From Rickettsia typhi (lineage in GTDB: Bacteria; Pseudomonadota; Alphaproteobacteria; Rickettsiales; UBA1997), in the NCBI GenBank assembly GCA_945901265.1, contig CAMDJZ010000005.1:856-64855 (forward strand): a DNA stretch of 64,000 bases. Direction: 5' to 3'. The number at the start of each line of letters is the position of its first letter. The stretch's first letter is position 1. The translations under genes and the position numbers were made by a program. Below, in pieces: positions 31,054 to 42,144 of this stretch. A model generated the notes under the pieces. It searched no databases. It was given only the letters and a program-made list of their open reading frames with translations, and had not been told where the DNA came from.

Positions 31054-31980
31054 ATGAAATCAGCCTCATTCAAACAATCATTAAGAAAAAATGCTTTTTC
31101 CTTAATAGAATTATCAATGGTTATTTTAATAATTGGAATCATAGTTGCTGGACTTACTAACTATTCTCGGTTGTTAAAAGAAATCAAATTAACCGGAGCC
31201 AGATCCATGACAGCTTCATCTGTCGTTCCAGCTATTCCAAATTTAGTTGTATGGTTTGAAACCTCATTAGAAAAAAGTTTCGATACCACCCTTATTACCG
31301 ACAACAAAGTTACGGCTTGGAATAATATTAATCCACTATCTTCTGATAAATATCAGTTTGTTTCAACAAATCCAACCTATCAACCAACTTATACAGAATC
31401 AGGAATTAATGGCCTTCCTTCTATCATCTTCAATAACTCTCACATGTTTCTTTATAATTTTAAGATCGGGGCTAATTATACTTTTTTTTATGTTTTTCAA
31501 GCCTCTACAATTCATCCAAGTTCATCAGGGATAATTAATATTGGCGATTTCTCTCAAGCTGGCCTAATTTATTTTGAAATTCAACAACCAGTAGCAGCTT
31601 ATCTTGGACTTAATCGCAGAATGAGAGCTCTTCATAGAGCCTCGAGCGGATCACCAGAAAATGATAATTACGCAAATTCAGTTGGAATTGTAAATGATAA
31701 AAAAGATTACATTTATGCATATATCAGAAATAATCAAACCAATAAAGCAAAATTTTATTCTAATGGCGTTGAGTATACAGATCCAGCTTATTCTCTCGCA
31801 AGTGTTCCAGCTCTAACCTCTGCTAATCTTACTATTTTTATTGGGAACCTTTTGCCAACTAATCTTGCAAGACCGTTTCTTGGTATGTTATCTGAATTGA
31901 TAATTTACGATAAAATATTAACAACTGAAGAATTAAATGAAGTTACTGGATATCTTTTAAAAAAATATCGAATAAAGTAA
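31054..31980 (+). CDS. Prepilin-type N-terminal cleavage/methylation domain protein with LamG-like (concanavalin-A-like) C-terminal domain
   Basis: Class III signal KNA|FSLIELSMVILIIGIIVAG, with Glu at +5. The C-terminal pattern (VVWFE..., NGLPSIIF, FLGMLSELIIYDKILTTEELNEVTGYLLKKYRI) is typical of Laminin_G_3 proteins. Confidence 0.65.
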   Translation: MKSASFKQSLRKNAFSLIELSMVILIIGIIVAGLTNYSRLLKEIKLTGARSMTASSVVPAIPNLVVWFETSLEKSFDTTLITDNKVTAWNNINPLSSDKYQFVSTNPTYQPTYTESGINGLPSIIFNNSHMFLYNFKIGANYTFFYVFQASTIHPSSSGIINIGDFSQAGLIYFEIQQPVAAYLGLNRRMRALHRASSGSPENDNYANSVGIVNDKKDYIYAYIRNNQTNKAKFYSNGVEYTDPAYSLASVPALTSANLTIFIGNLLPTNLARPFLGMLSELIIYDKILTTEELNEVTGYLLKKYRIK

Positions 31981-32016
31981 TTCATTAAATAACCTAACCT
32001 TAAATACAAAATAACT

Positions 32017-32217
32017 ATGCATAATAATAAGCTCAAGGGAATTATAAATCATCCAAGTAATGTTAAACAAATATTAAATATTCTCGATAAAATGAATGAT
32101 CATACTGATAAATTACTTAACAAAATTACTAGTATATTTCATCCTGGAAAAACAAACTCAGCAAAAGCAAGTAAGCTTAGCAATCCTTATAAAAATACCA
32201 ATAAAACTATTCAATAA
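32017..32217 (+). CDS. Hypothetical small protein (66 aa), apparent paralog of 30750-30932
   Basis: See 30750-30932. A helical N-terminal half is followed by a basic Pro/Lys/Asn tail. Confidence 0.4.
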   Translation: MHNNKLKGIINHPSNVKQILNILDKMNDHTDKLLNKITSIFHPGKTNSAKASKLSNPYKNTNKTIQ

Positions 32218-32247
32218 TCAATTTGTTGCATAGCTAATTTACGATTT

Positions 32248-32748
32248 ATGAAAACAATTTTTTTAAAATTTCTTTTAATCCTAACGTTAACCTCTTTAGC
32301 GACTGCAGAGGTAATTGACGTTCGAAATGACGAAAAATCATTCGGTGAATGGAAAGTTTATTGCGAAATTGATGATATGATGAGTTATTCACATTGCAAA
32401 ATTGCTAGTAAATTTTTTGACAATTCATCGGTTATAACTCTTCAACCAGTCGCCAAATATGCCAATCAATTTTTTATCGTAATTCCGCAAATTACTACCA
32501 ATAGCTTCGTTAAATTCCGTGTTGATCAAAATGATCTTATACTTTCTAAAAATCTAACTAATAAAGATTTTGGTCTAATACCGCTAGATGACCAGCAAAA
32601 AAATTTATTATTTTTACAAATGAAAACAGGTGATTTTTTATTTTTACGCTTTAATGTTCGCGGACAACAAAAAGAAATCACCGCTAAAATAAACTTAGAA
32701 GATTTTAGAAATGCTCTTGGCTATTACGATATCAAGGCATCAAAGTAA
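32248..32748 (+). CDS. Secreted protein, invasion-associated locus B (IalB)-like
   Basis: Signal peptide (LLILTLTSLATA). The W.V.C...C pattern (FGEWKVYCEIDDMMSYSHC) and the C-terminal INLEDFRNAL resemble the IalB family. Confidence 0.45.
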   Translation: MKTIFLKFLLILTLTSLATAEVIDVRNDEKSFGEWKVYCEIDDMMSYSHCKIASKFFDNSSVITLQPVAKYANQFFIVIPQITTNSFVKFRVDQNDLILSKNLTNKDFGLIPLDDQQKNLLFLQMKTGDFLFLRFNVRGQQKEITAKINLEDFRNALGYYDIKASK

Positions 32749-32769
32749 TAACATTAAATTTATAATATT

Positions 32770-33777
32770 ATGACAATTAGAGTTGCAGTTAATGGACCCG
32801 GAAGAATTGGACGCGCAATTGTGCGTGCCATTTATGAAGAAAATTTTAATGATATAGAGCTCGTTGCTATCAATTCATCAGCTCCTGTGGAAACCCTTCA
32901 ACACCTTCTTCGTTATGATTCTGTCCATGGAAAATTTAATCATAAAGTTGAACTAAATAATAATAAACTTTTTATCAATGATAAAGAAATTTTATTATGC
33001 AATCAACGTGACCCAAAAAAATTGCCATGGGCTGAAATGAAGATTGATCTTGTTTTTGAATGTACGGGTGCATTTACCTCGCTTACAGATGCTAGCCAGC
33101 ATATTGAAGCTGGAGCCAAAAAAGTAATAATTTCTGCGCCTGCCAAAGAAAATAATGTCAAAACAATTGTTTTTGGGGTTAATGATGATCAACTAAATGA
33201 ATCTGATCACATAATCTCGATTGGGTCTTGTACAACTAATTGCCTTGCGCCAATTGCTAAAATTTTAAATGATAATATTGGCATTGAAAAAGGTTTTATG
33301 ACTACAATACATGCATATACTAATGACCAAAATATCGTTGATAATGCTCATAAAGATCTTCGCAGAGCAAGAGCTTGCGCTATGTCAATGGTTCCTACAT
33401 CAACTGGTGCAGCTAAAGCTATTGGTCTAGTATTGCCTGAACTAAAAGGTAAACTTGATGGTGTTGCGATTCGCGTCCCAACTCCCAATGTATCGATGGT
33501 TGATTTAAATTTTATTGCCAAACGCAAAACCTCAATAGAGGAAGTGAATTCAATTATTAATAATTCTCGTCATGGGAATATGTTACGAGCTTTACAATAT
33601 ATAGATGAACCATTGGTATCAATTGATTTTAATCATAGCAACTATTCTTCATGTTTTGATTCAACGCAAACGAAAGTTATTGGCGATAATTTAGTAAAAG
33701 TCTGCTCTTGGTATGATAATGAATGGGCATTTTCAGTTAGAATGCTTGACGTTGCAAAATTAATGATAAAATTATAA
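32770..33777 (+). CDS. gap: Type I glyceraldehyde-3-phosphate dehydrogenase
   Basis: NGPGRIGR, the SCTTNCLAP active site and the WYDNEW motif. Confidence 0.94.
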   Translation: MTIRVAVNGPGRIGRAIVRAIYEENFNDIELVAINSSAPVETLQHLLRYDSVHGKFNHKVELNNNKLFINDKEILLCNQRDPKKLPWAEMKIDLVFECTGAFTSLTDASQHIEAGAKKVIISAPAKENNVKTIVFGVNDDQLNESDHIISIGSCTTNCLAPIAKILNDNIGIEKGFMTTIHAYTNDQNIVDNAHKDLRRARACAMSMVPTSTGAAKAIGLVLPELKGKLDGVAIRVPTPNVSMVDLNFIAKRKTSIEEVNSIINNSRHGNMLRALQYIDEPLVSIDFNHSNYSSCFDSTQTKVIGDNLVKVCSWYDNEWAFSVRMLDVAKLMIKL

Positions 33778-33877
33778 TTTAAATAAATTTTTTGATTCAA
33801 ACTTAATTAAAATATTATTTTACATTAACTATAGTTAAGTTTAACTTTATTTTAATTAGATATTTTAATTTATTATT

Positions 33878-34684
33878 TTATAAAAGATTTTCATTTATCA
33901 AGCCCAATACATTGCTACCCTTCCCTACTTTTTGAAAATTTTTTATAGCGCGAAATATAAACTCATTGGCTTTTTGACAGGCTAAAACTAAACTAATTTT
34001 TTTAGCAATATTAGCGGATATTGCACTAGCAAGACTGCAACCACTACCATGGATTTTTTCGACAGCAATTTTTTCATTGCTAATTATATGAATTTTATTT
34101 TCTTCGTCGAGCAAAAGATTATGAATTTTATTATCTGCAAAATTAAGATGTCCACCTTTAATTAAAACTGCTTTCACTCCTAAAGACTTGATTATCTTAG
34201 CTGATTCATACATATCATCCAAATTATTAATCTTCATTTCGCTTAAAATTTGTGCTTCATCAATATTGGGAGTTACCAGAAATGATCGCTTTAACAATTT
34301 ATTTTTTAATGCTTCAATGGCATTATTTTTTAGTAAAACGTCACCAGATGTTGCAACCATAACTGGATCTAAAATTATTGGAATATTATTGGTTTTTTTA
34401 AATAGCTCATCAACGATTACTTCAATGATTTCTTGACTTGCAAGCATGCCAATTTTTACTACGTCGAAATCGATATCTTCAAGAACTGCTGATATTTGTT
34501 GACGTAAAAATTCCGAGGGAATTTCATGAATTGCAAAAACCCTTTGAGTATTTTGCGCCGTCAAACATGATAATACGCCTCCAGCATAAACATTATGCAA
34601 TGCAATCACTTTAAGATCGGCTTGAAGTCCAGCTCCACCGCATGAATCAGATCCAGCAATTACCAAAACTTTAGGTATTTTCAT
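33878..34684 (-). CDS. thiD: Hydroxymethylpyrimidine/phosphomethylpyrimidine kinase
   Basis: VLVIAGSDSCGGAGLQADLK, DPVMVATSGD and GSGCSLASAI motifs. Confidence 0.92.
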   Translation of the reverse strand: MKIPKVLVIAGSDSCGGAGLQADLKVIALHNVYAGGVLSCLTAQNTQRVFAIHEIPSEFLRQQISAVLEDIDFDVVKIGMLASQEIIEVIVDELFKKTNNIPIILDPVMVATSGDVLLKNNAIEALKNKLLKRSFLVTPNIDEAQILSEMKINNLDDMYESAKIIKSLGVKAVLIKGGHLNFADNKIHNLLLDEENKIHIISNEKIAVEKIHGSGCSLASAISANIAKKISLVLACQKANEFIFRAIKNFQKVGKGSNVLGLINENLL

Positions 34685-34686
34685 AG

Positions 34687-37287
34687 TTAAAACTCCACAA
34701 AATTAAGTTTTTCATTTTTAAACTTTACTATAATTTTTTGTCCATCCTTAATTTCACCACGTAAAATTTTTTCTGCCAAGATATTTTCAATCTCTCTTTG
34801 AATTACTCTTTTTAAAGGACGCGCTCCATATTGCGAGTCATAACTCTTATTTGCCAGATAATGATTAGCGCTATCTTCTAGGGTAATTACAATATTACGC
34901 AACTGCAATCTTTTAGCTAATCGCGAAAATTGTATTTTTACAATTAAATCCATATCACTTCGCGAAAGTTTATTAAAAATAATAATCTCATCTAAGCGGT
35001 TTAAAAATTCTGGACGAAAATGTCCTCTAACTTCTTCCATTACCTTGCTATTTACATCTTCAATTATTTTATATTTTGATAACTCATCCTCATCTTCAAC
35101 ATCAGCTTGATTAGTATATTGCGACCCAAGATTAGATGTTAGAATTATTAATGAATTTGTAAAATCAACTACTCTGCCATGCGAATCAGTTAGCCTTCCA
35201 TCATCTAGCACTTGGAGCAAAATATTAAAAACATCGTGATGCGCTTTTTCAACTTCGTCAAATAATATTACTTGATAAGGTCGACGACGAACCGCCTCTG
35301 TAAGAACTCCACCCTTCTCAAATCCAACATATCCTGGAGGTGCGCCAATCAATCGTGCAACTGCATGTTTTTCCATAAATTCACTCATGTCAATTCTAAG
35401 CATTGCACCTTCATCATCAAAAATAAATTCTGCTAATGCTTTTGAAACCTCAGTCTTTCCAACTCCAGTTGGACCTAAAAATAAAAAAGATCCGATTGGT
35501 CTTCTTGCGTCTTGTAAACCAGCTCGAGAACGTCTAACAGCATTTGATATGGCAATCAACGCTTGACTTTGTCCAACAACGCGTTGGGTCATTAACTCTT
35601 CCATTTTTAATAGCTTTTCCTTTTCTCCTGATAAAATTCTATCAACTGGAATGCCAGTAATTTTTGCAATAATTTCTGCAATATCATCTTCGCTTACTGC
35701 TTCAGGCATTAGATCATCTCCCTTTACCAATTCTTCTAGACTTATTAACTCTTGTTGTAGTTCGGGAATTTTACCATAGGAAATTTCTCCTGCCTTGGCA
35801 AGATTACCTTCTCTTTGAGCTTTTTCTAATTCGAATTTTGATAATTCAATTTTACTTTTTATTTCATTAATTTTTAGGCGTTTATTTTTTTGTGTACTCC
35901 ATAAAAAAGTAAGATCGCTAGATTTTTTTTCTAGATTTAATAATTCATCACTAATTTTTTTTAAACGATCTTTGGAAGCTTGATCTGTTTCCTTTTTTAA
36001 TGCCTCGGATTCAATTTTAAGTTGAATAATTTTGCGATCCATCTCATCTAATTCAGTTGGTTTTGAATCTAGCTCAATTTTAAGTGAACTGGCTGCCTCA
36101 TCTATTAAATCAATAGCCTTATCAGGAAGGAAGCGATCAGTTATATAGCGATGTGATAAAATAACAGCAGATACTAATGCCGAATCTTTTATTTTAATTC
36201 CATGATGAACTTCATATTTTTCTTTAATTCCTCGTAAAATTGAAATTGCATCTTCAACAGAAGGTTCCTCAGTATAAACCGCTTGGAATCTTCTAGCGAG
36301 AGCAGCATCTTTTTCAATATGCATGCGATATTCATCAAGCGTTGTTGCGCCAACGCAATGAAGAGTTCCGCGAGCTAATGCTGGCTTTAGAAGATTTGAG
36401 GCATCCATCGAGCCTTCGGCTTTCCCAGCTCCAACCAATAAATGCAATTCATCAATAAATAAAATTACTCCCGAATTATTTTCGATTTCATTTAAAACTG
36501 CCTTTAATCTTTCCTCAAATTCTCCACGAAATTTTGCTCCGGCGATCAATTGCCCCATGTCAAGAGCCATAATCCTCTTATCCTTTAAACTTTCAGGAAC
36601 ATCGCCATTAACAATTCTTTGTGCTAAACCCTCAACTATTGCAGTTTTTCCAACTCCAGGTTGTCCGATTAATACAGGATTATTTTTAGTTCTTCGCGAC
36701 AGTACTTGCATAGTTCTACGAATTTCCTCATCTCTGCCAATAACCGGATCAATCTTGCCTTCACGGGCTTTTTTTGTTAAATCTTGCGCATATTTTTCAA
36801 GCGCTTGATAAGTTCCTTCAGCAGTTTGGGAATCAGCTTTATTACCAGCACGAATAGTTTTAATCGCTTGTCGAAGTGCTTTTATAGTAACTCCAGAAAT
36901 TTTTAAGCATTTTGCTCCTTCATTATTATCATCTTCCAAAATTGCTTGGAGTAAAATTTCAGCAGTAATGAATTGATCGGAATTTTGTTGCGCTATTTTT
37001 TCTGCTAACATCATTACTCTAGCAAGATCTGAAGATAGAGATAATCCACCTGCTCCACTTCCCTCTACTTTGGGAATTTGATTAAGAGAATTTTTAACTT
37101 CCGCTTTCAAAATTTCAAAATTACCATCGCTTAATTGGACAATTTTATGACCAAGATTATCATCATCTTCAACAATTCCATTTAGCAAATGTTGACAATT
37201 TAACTTTTGATGGGACATCGCCAATGCCAAGGTTTGGGCACTTGATAATATTGCTTGCGCTTTTTGAGTATATTTATCGAGATTCAT
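34687..37287 (-). CDS. clpB: ATP-dependent chaperone ClpB
   Basis: 866 aa. Two AAA+ modules ([13 protein letters not shown] and [13 protein letters not shown]) separated by a coiled-coil middle domain. Confidence 0.96.
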   Translation of the reverse strand: MNLDKYTQKAQAILSSAQTLALAMSHQKLNCQHLLNGIVEDDDNLGHKIVQLSDGNFEILKAEVKNSLNQIPKVEGSGAGGLSLSSDLARVMMLAEKIAQQNSDQFITAEILLQAILEDDNNEGAKCLKISGVTIKALRQAIKTIRAGNKADSQTAEGTYQALEKYAQDLTKKAREGKIDPVIGRDEEIRRTMQVLSRRTKNNPVLIGQPGVGKTAIVEGLAQRIVNGDVPESLKDKRIMALDMGQLIAGAKFRGEFEERLKAVLNEIENNSGVILFIDELHLLVGAGKAEGSMDASNLLKPALARGTLHCVGATTLDEYRMHIEKDAALARRFQAVYTEEPSVEDAISILRGIKEKYEVHHGIKIKDSALVSAVILSHRYITDRFLPDKAIDLIDEAASSLKIELDSKPTELDEMDRKIIQLKIESEALKKETDQASKDRLKKISDELLNLEKKSSDLTFLWSTQKNKRLKINEIKSKIELSKFELEKAQREGNLAKAGEISYGKIPELQQELISLEELVKGDDLMPEAVSEDDIAEIIAKITGIPVDRILSGEKEKLLKMEELMTQRVVGQSQALIAISNAVRRSRAGLQDARRPIGSFLFLGPTGVGKTEVSKALAEFIFDDEGAMLRIDMSEFMEKHAVARLIGAPPGYVGFEKGGVLTEAVRRRPYQVILFDEVEKAHHDVFNILLQVLDDGRLTDSHGRVVDFTNSLIILTSNLGSQYTNQADVEDEDELSKYKIIEDVNSKVMEEVRGHFRPEFLNRLDEIIIFNKLSRSDMDLIVKIQFSRLAKRLQLRNIVITLEDSANHYLANKSYDSQYGARPLKRVIQREIENILAEKILRGEIKDGQKIIVKFKNEKLNFVEF

Positions 37288-37386
37288 AATTTATGATGAT
37301 TAAATTTAGTAAATTTTAAGCTATTTTTTAGATAATATTTAAAAAAAATAAAACAAGGGTAAATTAAAAAAATTATTTAGGAAATA

Positions 37387-37878
37387 TCATAAGTTATTCC
37401 TAATACTTCTCAGCCACTCTTGATCAATTTCACCGAAAGTTTTGTAAAAAAAATCGCGCAAAAAAAGACCTTTATGAGGGATTTGTAAATCATTTTCATC
37501 AATAATTTCTTCATCTGAAATCGCCAAAATATCAATATCAATTTCACGAGGAGACCATCTCGGAGAATCCCTTCTGCCTATTTCATTTTCAATGGTTTTA
37601 ATAATTTTTAAAATTAAAAATGGAGGAAATTTTTCTCTGTCGAATTTAGCAATAACCGCAATATTTAAAAATTCTAAATTCCATGACTCATTGGCATTAG
37701 GCGGTAATAATGCCATATTAGCATAAAAGTTTGAAATTTTAACATCACCTAGAAGTAGGGCATTTTGCAATTTTGTAATTGCGATTTTAATATTTTCCTC
37801 TCTTCTACCAAGATTAGAACCAATGCCAAAAGCTATTTTTTTTAAATTTAATTCTGTCATTTTTTTCATTATAGCCAT
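37387..37878 (-). CDS. folK: 2-amino-4-hydroxy-6-hydroxymethyldihydropteridine diphosphokinase
   Basis: GSNLG, PRWSPREIDIDIL and LQIPH motifs. Confidence 0.88.
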   Translation of the reverse strand: MAIMKKMTELNLKKIAFGIGSNLGRREENIKIAITKLQNALLLGDVKISNFYANMALLPPNANESWNLEFLNIAVIAKFDREKFPPFLILKIIKTIENEIGRRDSPRWSPREIDIDILAISDEEIIDENDLQIPHKGLFLRDFFYKTFGEIDQEWLRSIRNNL

Positions 37879-37996
37879 ATTTTTTTTGTAATGTATAATT
37901 TAATTTTAAAATATCAAATTATTATAAAAAAATGTTGTAATGATTAAAACAATATTTTAAAGTACAAAAATATTTTCAAACAATTTTTTAAAGAAA

Positions 37997-38431
37997 ATGA
38001 TTAAGAAAAAAAAAGAACAAACCGGTTTGAAATCGAATCGTCCAACATCCCCACATATTCAAATTTACCGCTGGAACATTTCATCTCTTACCTCAATATT
38101 TCATCGACTTTCTGGAGTTGCACTTTATTTTTCAGTAATTCTTATTGCTTGGTTCATTGTTTTTTACAGCACTAAAATTAATGTCGGTGAAACTGAAACA
38201 TGTGATTGTCTAATGATGACGGTTATGCGCAGTATTTTTACTCTTGCAGCAATAGCCATAACTTTCTCATTATATTATCATTTCTGTAATGGCATTCGTC
38301 ACTTATTTTGGGATATGGGCAAGGGGTTTGATTTAAAAATTGCAAATCGTAATGCCATCATTGTAATTATTAGCGCATTAGCTCTAACCATTATTTCAAT
38401 TTCATCAGTTGTATACTTAAAATTATTTTAA
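37997..38431 (+). CDS. sdhC: Succinate dehydrogenase cytochrome b556 subunit
   Basis: RPTSPHIQIYRW plus three TM helices. First gene of the sdh cluster. Confidence 0.9.
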   Translation: MIKKKKEQTGLKSNRPTSPHIQIYRWNISSLTSIFHRLSGVALYFSVILIAWFIVFYSTKINVGETETCDCLMMTVMRSIFTLAAIAITFSLYYHFCNGIRHLFWDMGKGFDLKIANRNAIIVIISALALTIISISSVVYLKLF

Positions 38432-38437
38432 TTTTTT

Positions 38438-38800
38438 ATGAATAAAATAAAAATTGCCCCATCGACAAAATCTGGATCAAGCCATTGGCTAATGCAACGC
38501 TTTTCAGCAATTGCACTCATCCCTTTGACGATTTGGTTAACATTATCCTTCGTTGAAATCTTACAAGATCCGCAAGGTTACCTTCCAGTATTTTTTGCTT
38601 ATCCTTTTAATGCAGTAATGGGAATTTTATTGATTACTACTTCACTATATCATGGCTCTCTTGGAATGAGAGTTATCATTGAAGATTACATTACCAATAG
38701 TTTTAAAATTTATTTTTACATAATGCTTGTTAATTTTACTTCAATATTAACAGCAGTTGCTTCAGTAATTGCAATACTTCGCTTACATTTACTTAGCTAA
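38438..38800 (+). CDS. sdhD: Succinate dehydrogenase hydrophobic membrane anchor subunit
   Basis: GSSHWLMQRFSAIALIPL and HGSLGMRVIIEDY motifs. Confidence 0.9.
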   Translation: MNKIKIAPSTKSGSSHWLMQRFSAIALIPLTIWLTLSFVEILQDPQGYLPVFFAYPFNAVMGILLITTSLYHGSLGMRVIIEDYITNSFKIYFYIMLVNFTSILTAVASVIAILRLHLLS

Positions 38801-38842
38801 AAATATAAATTTTTTTATAAATATAACTTAATTTTTTTCAAA

Positions 38843-40642
38843 ATGCAGCAAACAAAAATTGGCAATTATGCAATTATCGATCATGAGTTTGATGTTGTGG
38901 TTGTTGGTGCTGGAGGCGCTGGTCTCCGCGCAACTTTTGGTATGGCACAAAAAGGTTTAAACACTGCTTGTATTTCAAAAGTATTCCCAACTCGTTCACA
39001 CACGGTTGCTGCGCAAGGTGGCATTTCAGCGGCCCTTGGAAATATGGGCGAGGATGATTGGCGATGGCATATGTTTGACACTATCAAAGGTTCCGATTGG
39101 TTAGGTGACCAAGATGCAATCGAATATATGTGCTCACAAGCACCTGATGCAATAATTGAACTTGAACATTACGGAGTACCATTTTCAAGAACTAAGGAAG
39201 GAAAAATTTATCAACGTCCCTTTGGTGGAATGACCAAAAATTATGGTGATGGTGGACCAGCACAAAGAACCTGTGCTGCAGCTGATCGAACGGGTCATGC
39301 AATTTTACATACACTTTACCAACAATCACTAAAATACCAAGCGCAATTTTTTATCGAATATTTTGCTTTAGATTTAATAATGGAAAATGGCATTTGTCGT
39401 GGAGTAATCGCTCTATCCTTGGTCGATGGAACGATTCATCGTTTCAAAGCTCATTTAGTGGTCTTAGCAACCGGTGGTTATGGTCGAGCATATTTTTCAG
39501 CAACTTCCGCTCATACTTGTACTGGTGATGGCAGTGGAATGGTTGTTCGTGCTGGTCTTCCATTGCAAGATATGGAATTTGTTCAATTTCATCCAACTGG
39601 TGTTTATGGTTCGGGATGTTTAATTACTGAAGGAGCACGTGGTGAAGGTGGATATTTAGTAAATTCACAAGGCGAAAGATTTATGGAGCGCTACGCTCCA
39701 AATGCCAAAGATTTAGCAAGTCGCGATGTTGTTTCGCGAGCTATGACTATGGAAATTATGGAAGGACGAGGAGTTGGTCCAAACAAAGATCACATTTATC
39801 TTCATTTAAATCATCTTGATCCAAAAGTTCTCCATGAAAGATTACCGGGAATTTCTGAAACAGCAAAAATTTTTGCTGGTGTTGATGTAACTAAAAAACC
39901 GATTCCAGTTCTGCCAACTGTTCACTATAATATGGGTGGAATTCCGACAAATTACAAGGCCGAAGTGCTTAATGTCAAAAATGGTAAGACCGAAATAGTG
40001 CCAGGATTAATGGCAATTGGCGAAGCTGGATGCGTTTCAGTCCATGGTGCTAATCGTCTTGGCTCTAATTCACTACTAGATCTAGTTGTTTTTGGAAGAG
40101 CCGCTGCACAACGCGCTACTGAATTAGTAAAACAAAATACTAAACATCAAAAATTCGAAGATAATGCTGGCGAAGAATCAATTGCTAGATTGGATAAAAT
40201 TCGTAATGCCAATGGTCATAAAACCACAGCCCATCTTCGCAGCGAAATGCAAAATTGCATGCAAACTCATGCAGCAGTTTTTAGAACTCAAAAAACTCTT
40301 GAAACAGGTTTTGAAAAAATGCTCGATATTTATAAAAATTTTGCCGATCTTAAAATTTCTGATCGTGGATTAGTATGGAATAGTGATTTAGTTGAAGCTT
40401 TGGAACTTGATAATTTAAGATCTCAAGCATTTATTACAATTGCTAGCGCTCTTAATCGACAAGAAAGTCGTGGTGCACATGCTCGTGATGATTTTAAAGA
40501 GCGCGATGATGAAAATTGGCTAAAACACACTATCATGTGGTGTGATGAAAATGCCAATACCAGCGTTGATTATCGAGAAGTAATTTTAAAACCTTTAACC
40601 AATGCGGTTTCATCATTTCCGCCTAAAAAACGTGTTTATTAA
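38843..40642 (+). CDS. sdhA: Succinate dehydrogenase flavoprotein subunit
   Basis: [12 protein letters not shown], the [13 protein letters not shown]-histidyl site, HPTG and ESRGAHAR. Confidence 0.96.
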   Translation: MQQTKIGNYAIIDHEFDVVVVGAGGAGLRATFGMAQKGLNTACISKVFPTRSHTVAAQGGISAALGNMGEDDWRWHMFDTIKGSDWLGDQDAIEYMCSQAPDAIIELEHYGVPFSRTKEGKIYQRPFGGMTKNYGDGGPAQRTCAAADRTGHAILHTLYQQSLKYQAQFFIEYFALDLIMENGICRGVIALSLVDGTIHRFKAHLVVLATGGYGRAYFSATSAHTCTGDGSGMVVRAGLPLQDMEFVQFHPTGVYGSGCLITEGARGEGGYLVNSQGERFMERYAPNAKDLASRDVVSRAMTMEIMEGRGVGPNKDHIYLHLNHLDPKVLHERLPGISETAKIFAGVDVTKKPIPVLPTVHYNMGGIPTNYKAEVLNVKNGKTEIVPGLMAIGEAGCVSVHGANRLGSNSLLDLVVFGRAAAQRATELVKQNTKHQKFEDNAGEESIARLDKIRNANGHKTTAHLRSEMQNCMQTHAAVFRTQKTLETGFEKMLDIYKNFADLKISDRGLVWNSDLVEALELDNLRSQAFITIASALNRQESRGAHARDDFKERDDENWLKHTIMWCDENANTSVDYREVILKPLTNAVSSFPPKKRVY

Positions 40643-40676
40643 TTTTTTTTATTTATAATCAATTATCCTTAAATTT

Positions 40677-41216
40677 ATGAAAAGATTTTTTTATCAATAT
40701 AATTTGTTAAAGTTTAACATATTATCACGAATTATAATTTCACTATTTTTTTTAAGCTTTGAAGCTGAAGCATCGAGTCTAAAAATCTCGACAAATCAAG
40801 TATGCAATTTCCTTAAAGAGCAAGGTTTAAAAACCCAATTATCATGGAAAAAAAATGATCTCTATGAAAATCAATGGGGTTGCGCAAATAAACTTTCAAT
40901 TTCAGAAATTGATGCTCCGCTTAACTTTACGTATCAAGCAACTGGCGATGAACAAGAAGTTAAAAATATCGAAATTAAAGCTGAGGTAAAGGATCATAAT
41001 TACTCACGCTTAATGCAAAAAAAATTATTAGAAATTTCAGAAATTATTAGCAAAAAATTATTAGGAATTCCAATAAATCAACAAATTAAGGATGCCATAA
41101 ATAATGGTAAATCACTTAGTTATAAAATTGAAAATTCAATAATTAAAATTTCACAAGAAAAGATTTCCGCGAATAATGGTTACATAATTAGTTTCAAGAT
41201 TTATAGCGAAAATTAA
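40677..41216 (+). CDS. Hypothetical secreted protein inserted between sdhA and sdhB
   Basis: 179-aa ORF with a signal-like N-terminus (IIISLFFLSFEAEA). No domain recognised. Confidence 0.5.
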   Translation: MKRFFYQYNLLKFNILSRIIISLFFLSFEAEASSLKISTNQVCNFLKEQGLKTQLSWKKNDLYENQWGCANKLSISEIDAPLNFTYQATGDEQEVKNIEIKAEVKDHNYSRLMQKKLLEISEIISKKLLGIPINQQIKDAINNGKSLSYKIENSIIKISQEKISANNGYIISFKIYSEN

Positions 41217-41234
41217 AAATTTAATTTAAAAAAT

Positions 41235-42059
41235 ATGGCAGAATTTACTTTACCAAAAAATTCCAAAATTGATAATAAAATTGGCAGGACTCATAAAGTC
41301 AACTCAAACGAAAAAATTACTGGTAAAAAGCACGATAAAAATATTCGTATATTTGAAGTATATCGTTATGATCCTGAGGATATTGATAAAAAAAATCCCC
41401 ATATTGATAAGTTTGAAATTGATTTAAATGACTGCGGGCCAATGGTTCTTGATGCGTTAATTAAAATGAAATCACACCAAGATTCCACCTTAACTTTTCG
41501 CAGATCATGTCGCGAAGGAATTTGTGGATCATGCGCAATGAATATAGATGGATCAAACACATTAGCTTGCACCAAAGCGATTAATGATTGTGATAAATCA
41601 GAGAATATTAAGATTTATCCACTCCCACATATGCCAGTTATTAAGGATTTAGTTGCAGACATGACTCATTTTTATGAACAATATAAGTCAATAAAGCCAT
41701 GGCTTCAAGCTGAAGAACCAAGCAACCTTCACAAAGAACGTATCCAAACTCCCGAAGAAAGAGAAAAACTTGATGGACTCTACGAATGTATTTTATGCGC
41801 TTGTTGCTCAACTTCATGTCCTAGCTATTGGTGGAATAGTGATAAATATCTTGGTCCAGCTATATTGCTACAAGCACAACGCTGGATTGTTGATTCACGA
41901 GATGAGGCAAGCGCTCAGAGACTTGATGAATTAGAAGATCCATTCAAGCTTTATCGTTGTCATACAATTATGAATTGCGCTCAATCCTGTCCGAAAGGTT
42001 TAAATCCAGCCAAGGCTATTGCAGAAATCAAACAGGGTATTGCTTCAAGAAAAGCGTAA
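41235..42059 (+). CDS. sdhB: Succinate dehydrogenase iron-sulfur subunit
   Basis: [28 protein letters not shown] and [17 protein letters not shown] cluster motifs. Confidence 0.96.
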   Translation: MAEFTLPKNSKIDNKIGRTHKVNSNEKITGKKHDKNIRIFEVYRYDPEDIDKKNPHIDKFEIDLNDCGPMVLDALIKMKSHQDSTLTFRRSCREGICGSCAMNIDGSNTLACTKAINDCDKSENIKIYPLPHMPVIKDLVADMTHFYEQYKSIKPWLQAEEPSNLHKERIQTPEEREKLDGLYECILCACCSTSCPSYWWNSDKYLGPAILLQAQRWIVDSRDEASAQRLDELEDPFKLYRCHTIMNCAQSCPKGLNPAKAIAEIKQGIASRKA

Positions 42060-42144
42060 TCTTGTTATTTATTGTTTATTTTAAATTAAATAAATTAAAA
42101 TAATTTTTTTTCTACAACAATTAATAAAATAATTACTTTCAAAT

